A DNA stretch of 64,000 nt from Octopus sinensis (GCF_006345805.1 NC_042998.1:47058001-47122000); one strand, 5' to 3'; numbered from the stretch's first letter, positions 39,542-52,755 are shown. Numbers and translations: made by a program. Notes: generated by a model from the sequence alone, not told the origin.

Positions 39542-39795
39542 GGCGTAGACAGAAACTGAAAGAAGCCCGTCGTATATATATGTATATGATTGTGTAGCTG
39601 TGCATGTCTCCTCACCATCACTTGACAACCGATGTTGGTGGATTTACGTCCCCGTAACTTAGCAGTTCGGCAAAAGTGACCGATACGATAAGTACTAAGC
39701 TTACAAAGAATAAGTCCTGGGGTCGATTTGTTCGACTAAAGGCGGTGCTCCAGCATGGCTGCAGCCAAATAACTGAAACAAATAAAAGTATAAAA
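39540..39795 (+). mobile_element. SINE family A, 5'-truncated
   Basis: gaaactgaaagaagcccgtcg to tgaaacaaataaaag. Confidence 0.88.
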
Positions 39796-39824
39796 GAATG
39801 TATACACACACACACACACACATA

Positions 39825-40125
39825 CACGACGCATGGTCTAGTAAGGTGTTAGAATGAAGATCGAGAGATCATGATTTCAACTCCAAGACTGGGTGGTGCA
39901 GTGTGTTCTTGAGCAAAACCCTTCATCACATGTTGCTCTATAATAATATCGACACCTGCCGAGAGGCAAACTGTGAACCTGTTCAGGCAGCGTCGATTTG
40001 TTGGAAGGAGTGAGGTAATGCGCTGCATGTAAATTTATCTCTATGTACAAAGTAATTTTGCAGGTCGTTCGGCAAAGGAAAGGCTAAACACTGACGCATC
40101 GTCTTCGACGGGAGAGAACATCATA
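39825..40125 (+). mobile_element. tRNA-derived SINE, family C-like
   Basis: tggtctagtaagg A-box-like head; gtgttcttgagcaaaac central motif. Confidence 0.65.
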
Positions 40126-40245
40126 TGTGTGTGTGTGTGTGTGTGTATGATCGACTCTCAAATCGAATACGACGCATCAGTGTTCAGCTTTTGCCAAAGG
40201 ACATGCAATAAATATATATATATATATACACATACATATACGTAT

Positions 40246-40303
<58 letters not shown>

Positions 40304-40606
40304 ATTAGTTATTTGCTTAACGTCCCAAAGTGATACGCAAGCAAAATTTTATGATTACAACCAGCTTCAGCTTTTAACCTTTTTCTTCTCTCTGCCCTTC
40401 TTTATTCTTCACTCTCCGAAAGCTCCATATTTCAGATCAGTTTTATTACCAAATATGATAAACATTTTAGCATATCAATGGCAATACCATATAACATTGG
40501 AAGCAGAAACAGCTGTTAGATGGGATGCAGTCTATTTGTTTTGAATTAATAAATAATAATTGATGTAAGTCACTTGTAGTTCATCGATATTTCTCCATTT
40601 TCTGTC

Positions 40607-40649
<43 letters not shown>

Positions 40650-40868
40650 CGGGAAGGTTTACGAAAATAAACAAAAGACGAAGGCAAGTGGAGTACAAAC
40701 AAACAAATGTATTAGTATATATATATATATATATATATTTAATCAATTTAGGGTAGCAAAAAATTCAATAGAAATTTATCGTTACCAGCGGTCTAGTGGG
40801 AAAGAGAAAATAGTCAAAGACTATATATATAAATTCAACAACAATTAAGGAATGGCCTTAATAGGCCA

Positions 40869-41005
40869 TTCGGCCCACTAGAAGAAGCAGCCAGGACTCA
40901 AACCGCTAAGTAGTAGTAATTCAGAAATCAAATGAAAATTTAAAAATTACTGAATTACTACTACTTAACGGTTTGAGTCCTGGCTGCTTCTTCTAGTGGG
41001 CCGAA
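40869..41005. repeat. Near-perfect 56-bp inverted repeat with 25-nt loop
   Basis: 40869-40924 versus 40950-41005, single mismatch (C40906/A40968). Confidence 0.95.
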
Positions 41006-41007
41006 AG

Positions 41008-41046
<39 letters not shown>

Positions 41047-41932
41047 ATGTGTGTATGTATGTATATATGCACGCACATATATTCATACACACATGCATAT
41101 TAACTTAGAATTATTACTTTAAAGTTTATTTAAGAACAACAAGGGAACACTTAGTCATGAAGTTACTCAATGCTGAATAGAAATTAAAATTCATTGTAAA
41201 AGTTGCGTTGACTGGGAATTCAAGTTTCGCGTAACGATTATTTAAGCTTTTAGGTGAAACTTGGACTCCTACTCAACATAAACTTTACAATATTTTTTAC
41301 GAAATGGGAACATTCTTTCGTAACGTTTGACTTTATTCTTATGTATTTCAAATTTATATCTCATATTTATTGCTTTGTACTATTATCTCCATTATCATTA
41401 AAGTGTTGTAGTAGCAGAATCATTAGAACGACGGAAGAAATGCTTAGTGTCATTTCTTCCGGCGGTATACATTCTGAATTTTAATTCTACTGAGGTCTAA
41501 TTTGTCTTATATCCTTCTGAGGTGCGATAAAATAAATGTCAGTTGAATACTAGTTTCGATGTAATCCACTAGATCATTCTCTCTAAAATTATTACGTCTA
41601 CTATTCGTGAATTTCGTATTTTAGTACATTTCAATTATTAGACGCCTAAAACAGTAATAAATCAACCTGAGACCTGCATGCAGCTCGTGGCACTTTCTGA
41701 ATGGCCTGCCCGCTTAACGAAAAATTACCGCCGATTTATCATCCGTAGAAATATTCTAGCGAGTGAGAGCCCTTTGTTAGCTAGAATGTTACTAACAAGC
41801 AGGTTCTCTACAAACAATTGCGGATTGTATTATAAGGGAAGGAAATGCACTCACACAACCCCTTTCTGACATACATACATGCATATATATCTTCACGCAC
41901 ATACACTCATATATGTCTATACATACACTCAA

Positions 41933-41965
<33 letters not shown>

Positions 41966-41983
41966 AATATATATACACATATT

Positions 41984-42054
<71 letters not shown>

Positions 42055-42118
42055 ATATATATATATAAACATATGTGTATGTGTGTATATATACACATGT
42101 ATGTATATATGTATGCAT

Positions 42119-42309
42119 TGTGACCGCGTGTGTACCGATGGCGATTTTTCTCCCCGTCTTCCCTTCTTTGGATCTTTCCTTTTCTTATGTTTCTGACGAA
42201 GAGCTCCGCTCGAAACGTTAAACCCTCCTTCTTTCCTTCTTTCCTGAGCGTCCAATAATACTATACTTTTTCCACGTCCTCGCGTTGTTGTGTTTTCATG
42301 TTTGGATTA

Positions 42310-42312
<3 letters not shown>
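42119..42312 (+). mobile_element. Penelope-like terminal repeat, copy 2
   Basis: Homologous to 30581-30787; contains the hammerhead motif. Confidence 0.7.
42189..42223 (+). ncRNA. Minimal type I hammerhead ribozyme motif
   Basis: GUUU-CUGACGA-A-GAGC UCC GCUC-GAAAC-GUU-AAAC: stem I GUUU/AAAC, stem II GAGC/GCUC, palindromic AACGUU stem III. Confidence 0.6.
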
Positions 42313-42354
<42 letters not shown>

Positions 42355-42403
42355 ATATATGTATGCATGCAGATATATATATACATGTATGTATATATAT
42401 ATG

Positions 42404-42464
<61 letters not shown>

Positions 42465-43619
42465 TCGTGAGAGTGAGTTTATATGTACATGGTGTGTTTA
42501 TTAAACGTTATTTGGGTAACTCGGGAAGATACAAATGATTTCGTTACTGCAAAATTAAAAGTTAAATTTCTAGCTAGAATTGTTGCTATTCATTTTTGTT
42601 TTCTATATTAGAATTAGCCCTTTGATTTATAGAAAATAATATTTTTATAAAACTTTTACGACATTCATGGCATGCATGAATATAATTTTTGAAGGAAATG
42701 AAACAGAGAAAAAAATTAGTTAACCATTGTAAATTTAATTCATGTTATGGAACTCATCACTCGATATTTGTAAGAGATAAAAAACTGGATGTAAAGAAAT
42801 TAAAAGACAGATGCAAGGGTGTGTAGTCACCAAATTTATTTGATAGTTATAAAAAAGATGCTACTTCTTTTCCGCATTTTTTCCTTCAAATAATGAGAGG
42901 TACAGCTTTTTTCGGCAATCCTAAACAAGAACAGAGCAACAAGGATCGGTAAATATGGTATCTAGGAGATGAATCGTAGTTCAAGTGATAGAAGGAGTGG
43001 TTATAAAAAGAAGTGAATTTACGGGGAGGAAGTTATACGATGAACGAGTTGAGATGAGCAATCAGTGATAGAAGTCCTAGGTGATAAATACTTGTTTTGT
43101 GTTGCTGTGTGAGGGCTTGCCAATCTGTCAGATATCTTTGTATACTGTTCACATAAGGAAAATACATTAACGTGTGCAAGATTGCACCTATATAATGATC
43201 ACGGATGCTTCACACATGAAATATTTTCCGTTCCTGAAAATCAGAGCCAATATTTCTAATGTAATGTTGTCAAATGTGAAATATCCTTAGTTGTGGTAAT
43301 GTTATAATTGAAATAATTTCATGGAATGATACAGCAAATTAAAAGTTAAGTACATTCTTTTGCGGTTGCAAGGAAGATGCGTTTCACCACGCCGCGCCAG
43401 AAACCTTTGCTTTTGGCAGGTCCTTACTTATTTGTCATGTTTCTCTGCCAATGAAATCAATGTTGTTGAGTGGTTTATTTTTTCTGTAGGATGTGAAAAG
43501 TCTCTAAAATATAACTGATATATTATAATGTTCAGCACGATAGCAATGGTCAGTAAAGCCCACTCCTCGTTGAGCAACAACACAAAAAAGTTAATAACAA
43601 CCTTTTCTACAATAGACAC

Positions 43620-44005
43620 AAAGTCCGAAATTTCGGGGGAGAAAGTAGTCGAAAGGATAAAAGGCGAATTCGACCATAGTAGATTTTTAACTAAGAATAG
43701 TCGATTACATCGAACCCAGTGTCCAACTGTACTTTTTTCATCGACCCCTACAAAATGAAAGGTAAAGTCTACGAACGAAATATCGCGAAGCATCTTAGTC
43801 GGCACGCTAACTATTCTGCCAGCTCGCTACTTTAGAATTAATAATCCTTTCTACCTTAGGCACAAGGCCTGAAATATTGGGGGTAACTGGTACTTATTCC
43901 ATCGACTTCATCGACCCCGAAAGGATAAAAAGCAAAGTCGACCTCGGTGGGATTTGAACTCAGAACGTAAGGATGACCGAAATGCCACTAAGCATTTTGC
44001 CCGGT
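43620..44005 (-). mobile_element. Two adjacent SINE family B copies
   Basis: catcgacccc..aaaggtaaagtc (43740-43830) and catcgaccccgaaaggataaaaagcaaagtcgacctcgg (43910-44005). Confidence 0.8.
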
Positions 44006-44269
44006 TCTGAATATTTTGGAGGAAATTTTGCTTACGCATGGTGACCCCACACTTCTGAACTTGCGATACATACTGGCACTGGATATCTCGTCTTGGTTTA
44101 TCTCTTGATAATATGTGGAGGATGCTGATGGGTCTGTGAGGGGCTGTGCAAGCGTTATTAGACCTATAATTTTTGGTTGTGCAATAGCTGGCGAGGCGAC
44201 AGTCTTCTATTCGATCCCAGTATGAGTGTCTTGCGGCCAGCGTGCAAGCTACGAACGCGAACCCGGGTG

Positions 44270-44660
44270 AAGCCGACTGCTTGTGCAATAACCTCATGCA
44301 CGGGTTATTGCTGGCATTTTGCGAAGTTCATTGTATAGAATATTCTCAACTCCCTCATGGGATATGCTAATAACTTTTGGCTATTTGATTTATAATCAGT
44401 CACCTGTCGTCCATCGGCATGTAGCGAACACGATCAATGTTTTCCTCGGTGGAGGCAATTGTAAGACGTCCAGACTTTGGATCATCTTCAAGAAACTCCT
44501 TTCATCTAAATTCAGCTGCTCACTTTTGTGCTACTGATAAAGCTGGAGCGTCATCTGCTGCACCAATCATGTCAGCATAAATGACGTTGGGAGCTAAATT
44601 ATTTTTCTGCAGGTACTTGACAACACCACGATGCCAAATTTTGTCGATTTTCTACAAAAT
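44270..44660 (-). pseudogene. mariner transposase N-terminal fragment
   Basis: WHRGVVKYLQKNNLAPNVIYADM..DDAPALS..AAEF..LEDDPKSGR..STEENIDRV. Confidence 0.85.
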
Positions 44661-45046
44661 CGCTACTAATTACTATTGAAGTTTTCTTTGAAGAGTCGGA
44701 TGTCAGTTTACCTGGAAAGAAACAATGCAATTATTAATAACGGGAGTTGAAATTAATGTATGCAAGATTTCCCACCTGTAGCGTCACGCCTTCACAGTCA
44801 GCCTATGAACTTCTAAGTCCACCCTCGGGCGTATGTTTGCATTATATAATTTTATTTCTAGATTTCTTGCCTATAGAGAAATAAACCGGTTTCTAATCTT
44901 GACCCAAGGATCCTTCAGGTAAGCTGTTGCGCATGTATGGGTGTATAGGTGCAATATATACAAATATTCTCAGTGTATGAGCATGTGTGCTTGTTTTGTT
45001 TTACATGCGTATGTATGCATGTAAATGTACGAATATCTATCTATCA

Positions 45047-45159
<113 letters not shown>

Positions 45160-45187
45160 ATATATATATATATATATAATATGCACA

Positions 45188-45546
45188 CGAGCAAAACGCC
45201 CCCGTCCAATGGACGGTGCTGAGTTGTCAAACATTTAAACCAAATTTTCTCAAAACAACTTATCCGACCGTCCCATAGGCCTCCCCTTTGAGAAACACTG
45301 ATTTAGCCTAAATTTGAGACACCAGCAAAAGACGGATTTCTACTGATGTACTTGGGCATATAAATGCACGCTCCCACGGCTTTATCGATTGCATTCTCAC
45401 CTGGAATCGATTTTTGTAATTTTTCAAGACTTGTACACGCCATGATATCGTCAGTTTCTACACATCAAATTTGAGCGCAATCGGGTGGAAGAAGCCCGAG
45501 ATCCTAGAAGAGACACGCACAGACAGAACGGATTATATATAATAGA
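45188..45546 (-). mobile_element. Non-autonomous Helitron
   Basis: Minus strand starts a|tctattatatataa; 3' hairpin ccgtcc-att-ggacgg (45202-45216) then CTCG|T (CTRR variant). Confidence 0.7.
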
Positions 45547-45689
45547 TATGTATGTGTATGCATAATGTAAATATGTATGTATTTATATTTTTATGTATAT
45601 GTGTATGTTTTCTTTTTCTATTTTTAATTTAGAGTTAATCTTGACTAACTGGCTACCAGCTTGATAGCAATATTGAGAAGGAAATCATG

Positions 45690-46010
45690 TTGTTTTATTC
45701 ATTATTCTTTAAAACTTTAAGGTCTTTCACCTTTTTATTGTCCAAGATTTCTTGATAATTTTTAGTGCATCAATTACGGAGATACATTCGCTCCCCAAGA
45801 ACCCAAGTTCAACCACACTTTTCTCCAGCTGGATTGCTACATATCCAGTTGCTCTAATAATAATAGGTACGAAACTGAACGTATATCTAGGTACTGGATT
45901 CGCAAACCCTTTATCAATGGTCAATAAATATTATCTTTCTCCTCTATTTTACTTACTATATTAGAGGTCAGAGCATATTTTTGTCTTCTGGTCCAGCACA
46001 AAAGTATCTA
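45690..46010 (-). pseudogene. R4/Dong-clade LINE 3' end (restriction-like endonuclease C terminus)
   Basis: KIEEKDNIY..; YTFSFVPIIIRATGYV..LEKSVVELGF resembles the R4-type PIVIGALG region. Confidence 0.65.
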
Positions 46011-46614
46011 GCCAGATGTATATGCAATGAGGAGAAAAATCAGCATTTGTTGGTGATCAATAATTTCTGTATTTTATTGTATGTACAAGAGACAACTGCG
46101 GATAAGAAGTGGGTTTTTCGGGTCTCATCAACGAGGCAATGTAGTAACGATGGTATTTAGTAAATAATCGAGATTATACGTTAGATGGCGTAGAAAAATA
46201 CAATGAATAGATAGATGAAACGCTATCTCTGAAGTATTTTGAAATATCATAGCGAAAATATAAATAATTAAAATCAAAATGAATTTTATTACACACACCT
46301 CTACCACCTGTTACGTTTAAACTTAATAACACTTCATAAATCCAGTCTTGTATACAAAATGAGAAAACAGTCTGCAAAATAGATATTTACCAAAAAAAAA
46401 AATAATAATAATAATTAAAAAAAAAAGACCTTTAAGAATATATAGAAAGTAGCGGGTTTTTAAAATTCTCATTAATTTTCGTTCTTAGGAAAATATAAAT
46501 AAAACTTAGATATATAATATCAAGTTTGAGGATGTTATCTTATGAATTAAACTATTATTGAATAAAGCTTCTTTTATAGAGACTTGTCATAAGCATGAAG
46601 GTGGCATCAAATAA

Positions 46615-46634
46615 TAACAACTATAATAATAATA

Positions 46635-46682
<48 letters not shown>

Positions 46683-46725
46683 TAATAATAATAATAAAAT
46701 ACAAAGAAGAGGAAGACGATGATGG

Positions 46726-46756
<31 letters not shown>

Positions 46757-46795
46757 GATAGTGATGACGAGGACGATGATGATGATGATATGGTT
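46615..46795. repeat. (AAT)n and (GAT)n microsatellites
   Basis: Seen directly. Confidence 0.9.
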
Positions 46796-47245
46796 AAGTA
46801 GGAAGATGAGAGGATGTAGAAAAAGAAAAGAAAGGGATGATGAAGGAACGGTAGAATAAGTAAGGGTAGGAGGAAATGGATAATATCTACTGAAAAACCT
46901 ATGCCAAGACAATTGTGAATACAAATTCTAGATTTATTAGATGGACATTCCATAAAAGTGTGTGTGGGTGTGTGTGTGTGGGGGTGGTGGTGGTAGATGA
47001 AAAGGTCTCAGGATGGAGACCTATAGAGAGATTAGTAGCTAATGTGTGAAGGCATAAATTCAAAGATGCGCCGAGATATTTCAACTCTTAAGGATAACCC
47101 CTTTAATTGGCCACATGTCGCGTGACTAGTTTGCTATCAACGATTCGGTAACAACAATGTACCTACTCTTTGTATGTACAATTTGTGATTGTTGTTACTG
47201 TTGTTGCTCTGCTTCTCCTACATTATTTATTTCCTTCTCAACTTT

Positions 47246-47283
<38 letters not shown>

Positions 47284-47471
47284 TATCATCATCATCATCC
47301 ATGACAGCGGTAGCAGCGACCTCATCACCATCTATAGCTTTCAACAGCTACTGAGCTTTCATAAGTGGCAATCTACTGAGATTGATAGACACCCAGATGC
47401 GAAAATAAACAAATAAATGATGGTGATGATGATGATGATGATGATGAAGACGACGCCGCCACCGACAATGA

Positions 47472-47518
<47 letters not shown>

Positions 47519-47569
47519 TTACTACCTTTCCGTTATTGGCCACAAGGGCCGAACACAAAGCAAAATGCG

Positions 47570-48305
47570 ACAGTATTTAGGCACAAGGCCTGAAATGTTG
47601 TTGGGGTTAGGGAAGAGAGAATCTATTACATCAACCCCAGTGTTCAACTGGTACTTTATTTTATCGACTCCAGAAAGGATGAAAGACAAAGTCGACCTCG
47701 GAGAGATGTGAACAAAGATCGCAAAGACTGACAAAATGCCGCTAAGCATTTTGCCCGGCGTGCTAACGATTCTGCCAGTTGTGGTCTCAAATTTTGGCAG
47801 AAAGCCAACAGATTTTGAGGGTAGGAGGAAATCGATTACATCGGCCTCCAAACATATCGAATACGTAGATTAACAACGAAAATATAGAAAACCGTGTGTG
47901 TGTGCTTAGCGGCAGTTCGTCTGCCGCTACGTTCTGAGTTCAAATTCCGCCATGGTCAACTTCGCCTCTCATCCTTTCGGGCTCGATTAAGTAAGTACCA
48001 GTTACGCATTGGGGTCAATATAATCGACTGCCCCCTCTCCCCAAAGTTTTCGGGCCTTGTGTCTAGGGTAGAAGAAAATGTATATGCATACATATATTAG
48101 TTTCAAATTTGACACAAGGCTATCGATATAAATGGAGTCAATATAAGGAGAGTCAATTTACATTCAACCGGTACTTATTCTGTCGACAGCAAAAGTGTGA
48201 AGAGTTAAGTGGACATTCGTGGAATTTGAAATAAGAACCTAAAACGCCGGAAGAAATGTCCTTAAGTATAATGTCCGACTTAGTGATGATTCTACCAGCT
48301 TGCCG
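47570..48305. mobile_element. Cluster of SINE family B copies in alternating orientation
   Basis: Minus 47570-47780, short minus piece 47790-47850, plus 47905-48080, divergent minus 48110-48305. Confidence 0.8.
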
Positions 48306-48397
48306 TTTTAATATTCTTCTGCAAATTTAAGATATATAAAAATCTCTCTTTATGAGACGTTATCATACGATAAATTCAAATTACGCTATGTGGTGTG

Positions 48398-48472
48398 GGT
48401 AGTTTAGCTTAAAGGTTTAGAGCACCGCGACGCGTAATCATGGAGGTGCGAGTTCGAGTCTCATAACCGGCC
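48398..48472 (+). pseudogene. tRNA-like pseudogene or solitary SINE head
   Basis: TAGCTTAAAGG A-box-like, GTTCGAGTC B box (48452-48460), D-stem GCTT/GAGC; acceptor and anticodon stems imperfect; T6 at 48481-48486. Confidence 0.5.
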
Positions 48473-48656
48473 GCCAACACTTTTTTCTGCAAACTAGGGG
48501 TAGCTTATCCTGTTTAGGCTATATTATTAGCATTATCCTGCGTTTGAGAATTTAAAATGACTTCTTTAACTTTCTAAGACGTCTCAACGGTTCTAAAGCA
48601 AACTTTGTTTGTTTGTTTACGCTCACTGTAATTTGAATATATATATATATATATAT

Positions 48657-48810
48657 ATGACGGGATTTTTTCCGTTTCGTCTACCAAATCGACTCACAAG
48701 ACTTTATTCGGCTCGAGGTTATGGTAGAAGACACCTGTCCAAGATCCTACGCTGTGGGACTGAGCATCCGGAAGCATGTGGTTGAGAAACAAGCTTGTTC
48801 GCACACAGCT
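48657..48810 (-). mobile_element. SINE family A head
   Basis: gacggg..ctaccaaatcgactcacaag..gtagaagacacc..gtgggactga. Confidence 0.8.
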
Positions 48811-48820
48811 ATGTCTGCAC

Positions 48821-48881
<61 letters not shown>

Positions 48882-48882
48882 C

Positions 48883-48922
<40 letters not shown>

Positions 48923-49294
48923 GCTTGTGTGCAGCCCTGTGTGGCCAATAAAGAAACTTATCTGCTTGACTGCCTGTCTATGTATGTATGCATGCATGCA
49001 TGCATATATGTATGTATGTATATGTGTGTATATATGTATATGTGTGTATGTATATATATGTGTGTGTGTGTGTGTACCAGGTTCTTTTGTGTCAACAGTT
49101 TTGCGTATTTCAAGTATTTCTAGTTTTAATCTATAGCTTGAAGAAATTATATGCGAAAAGTGTTTATTCATCAATATATATTCCAATATGTATCTACTGT
49201 GTGTTGTCATCGTTTTATCTGAAGCCAAATTCCATGCTTATTACATTTGATTGATTTTAAGGCAAAATACTATTTGGACACGTTTGCAAACTAA

Positions 49295-50250
49295 TCCTTA
49301 TTGTTGTACCTCTGACGGCGCAGGAAATGTGTCATGGCTTGGAAATCTGATGTTATAATCTGATGGTGCAAAACTTGAACTGTAGGTAGGGTGAGATAAC
49401 ACTTCCGGCCCATCCCCAAGTTCCTCAAGTTTGCGTTTTTTCACGTTGGTAATGTGTACTATGGCACTGTCATGCTTTAGGAGTGCGCTTCTTCGATTGA
49501 CTAACTTCGGGTTGCTAGCTTTCAAAGTATCATATACTCACTGAATTTTTTTGGACATAAAGGTTAGCATTCACAGCACGGCCAGCTGGTACAAGTTCAA
49601 CGCCCAACACACCCTCGAAATACAACACCACCTTCAAACCTATTTCTTTACTACCCACAAGGGGTAAACACAGAGAGCACAAACAAGGACAGGCAAACGG
49701 ATTAAGTCGATTATATCGACTCTAGTGCGTAACTGGTACTTATTTAATCGAACCCGAAAAGATGAAAGGCAAAGTCGACCTCGGCGAAATTTGAACTCAG
49801 AACGTAGCGGCAGACGAAATACCGCTAAGTATTTCGCCCGGCGTGCTAACGTTTCTGCCAGCTCGCCGCACCTTCAAACCACTATTGTTTCACAAGAAGT
49901 TCTGATGCTTGGTCAGAACCAACCATTGACTTCACTTACCAGGATTACGAAATTAGATCCATCTAGAGGATTTGCAAGCGGTTTCTTGCAAATATTCACA
50001 GATCGGTGCGCTTGGTCATTGGTAATTCCATGAGGAGCTTCACAATGCCGAGTTTATGGAGGTGTCGACTGATGGTGCTTTATGAAGGACAAAGCCCTGC
50101 TGCTAATGAACGAGTGCTTGTGCTTGGCTCTTGTTTAACAATTTCAAGCAAGGCATTTCACATAAATTTATTTCGCTCCTGCTCTTGTACTCAATCGTTT
50201 TTCTACATGTTGTGTAAATGGTTCTAAATTCAATTTTTCTTCACTCATTA
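49295..50250 (-). pseudogene. Decayed mariner transposase interrupted by a SINE
   Basis: C terminus PKLVNRRSALLKHDSA..EVLSHPTYSSSFAPSDY; N terminus EIVKQEPSTSTRSLAA..TISRHLHKLG. Confidence 0.8.
49641..49868 (-). mobile_element. SINE family B, full length, with 12-bp TSD
   Basis: TSD caccttcaaacc at 49629-49640 and 49869-49880. Confidence 0.95.
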
Positions 50251-50489
50251 TCAAAGCTGTTAAATAAAGAATAAAAATGTAATGTTCATATGTAATATAT
50301 GGAAAAAGTTTAACAACTTAGCAACGATTGGACGATAAGTTGTATCAAATTAATTGTACAACACAAATTAATTATACAATTGATGATCAGTTGCCACAGA
50401 GCATCAATACAAAACCGTAGTAACTTTTGACTCAACCTGGCATCTTTCTCTATATCTCCCTATCTCTGTTTATATATCTATATCTATAT

Positions 50490-50777
50490 CTATAAACACG
50501 TGCTCGACAAGACTATCGGACGTTTTTATACATCGCTGGTTACAATGCATTGGTTTAGTCCTTGAATGATGCCTTCCCGCTGTGTAGGTGAGCCGGTGAA
50601 CATTGTCACTGATCGGAGGGCTAGTTCGTCGCAGAGTTACCTATTTACAGCTGAGCGGACTGGAGTAACGTCAAATGAATTGGTTTTCTCAAGAGCACAA
50701 CGAGCACCCAGTCTGGGAATCGAAACCACGATCGTGAGTGCGACTCGTCTAATCACCACTAGGCTATGCGATTTCAC
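50490..50777 (-). mobile_element. tRNA-derived SINE, family C-like
   Basis: gggaatcgaaacc B box (reverse), ttctcaagagcacaac central motif, ctgagcggactggag. Confidence 0.75.
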
Positions 50778-50922
50778 CGTATACACACACACACGCACAC
50801 ACACACACACACATATTAGTGTATATATGTACATATAAGTATACATGTATATGTATATATATGTATATATATATGTATATATATATATATTATATATATA
50901 CATATATATATGTATATATTAT

Positions 50923-51029
<107 letters not shown>

Positions 51030-51149
51030 AGTATATATATGAATATATATTATATATATATATATATACACATATACATATACATATATACATACAAATA
51101 TATTTATATATATATATATATATGCTGAAATACTCGAGTACGCGGAGGA

Positions 51150-51450
51150 AGGTTACGGAAGTAAATTTCACTTTGGTTCCAACTGAATGATCTTCAATCT
51201 GCAGAACTAGTTGAGACCGAACAAGATGTCCAATGTATTTGCTACAAGAGGAACCACAAAGAACCATCCACGCTTGGAAAACCACCTAGACCTCCCCACT
51301 TTATTTTGCGAGTAGAATTTCTCTTGCCCGGCCTGATAAAATACTTTTACTTCCCTTATATGAATAGAGTCTGTTGTCTCACGTAACTGCACCGGATTTT
51401 ATAGACATCTCATAGTCAACCAGCATGGCCTTTCGTTAAACTGTCAATCA
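51150..51450 (-). pseudogene. Possible RTE LINE AP-endonuclease remnant
   Basis: QLRETTDSIHIREVKVFYQAG..GWFFVV..LN*FCRLKI loosely parallels the RTE APE motif LQETR..Y.FYW.G..GVGF.V..R...LRI. Confidence 0.35.
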
Positions 51451-51506
51451 ATAAAAAGACAACTTTTTAACTACATTTCTCTTAAATTTTTTTCAGCTCT
51501 ATTTTA

Positions 51507-51905
51507 AGAGGTGGCTGTGTGGTAAGTAGCTTGCTTATGAACCACATGGTTGCGGGTTCAGTCCTACTGCGTGGCACCTTGGGCAAGTATCTTCTACTAT
51601 AGCCTCGGGCCGACCAAAGCCTTGTGAGTGGATTTGTTAGACGGAAACTGAAAGAAGCCCGTCGTATATATGTATGTATATATATATGTTTGTGTGTCTG
51701 TGTTTGTCCCCCCAACATCGCTTGACAACCGATGCTGGTATGTTTGCGTCCCCATAACCTAGCGGTTCGGCAAAAGAGACCGATAGAATAAGTACTAGGC
51801 TTACAAAGAATAAGTCCTGGGGTCGATTTGCTCGACTAAAGGCAGTGCTCCAGCATGGCCACAGTCAAATGACTGGAACAAGTATAGAGTAAAAGAGTAA
51901 AAGAG
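51507..51905 (+). mobile_element. SINE family A, full length
   Basis: gtggctgtgtggtaag head to the gagtaaaagag tail. Confidence 0.92.
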
Positions 51906-52089
51906 AGAGAGAGAGCTTATTTTAATTTTACGAATTGCGGTTAGAAAGCCTATACATATCAATAAAAACAAGAATGATAGGAAAAAAACACAAGTCAAAA
52001 CAAAATTTAGGAAATGAATGTTAAGAAAAAATAAACTTATACCAGAAGAAAGGAGATAATGATATAAATAAACCGTAAAGAGGGAGAAA

Positions 52090-52100
52090 GGGATATATAT

Positions 52101-52137
<37 letters not shown>

Positions 52138-52173
52138 TATCTATATATATATATATATATATATAGATAGATA

Positions 52174-52206
<33 letters not shown>

Positions 52207-52253
52207 GATAGACAGAGAGAGCGAGGCAGAGACAGAAACAGAGACAACAAAAA

Positions 52254-52342
<89 letters not shown>

Positions 52343-52343
52343 G

Positions 52344-52433
<90 letters not shown>

Positions 52434-52755
52434 GACAGAGACAACAAAATAAAAGATGGAAACTATCAATTAAGTAAAATAAAAATAAAATTTTAAGACG
52501 ACCGAAAGTGAGAGAGATATAGAGCGGAAAAGAACTTATGTCCTCTTCAACGTCTTCCATCTTTTCAAAGATAAGAGGCACTACAGAATAGGCCAGTGTT
52601 TTTGACCAGGAAGAACTATTATTTTTATTATTATTATTGTTGTTGTTATTGTAATTATTATTATTATTATTATTATATTATTATTATTATTATATTATTA
52701 TTTTTATTATTATTGTTATTGTTGTTGTTGTTGTTGTTGTTATTATTATTGTTAC

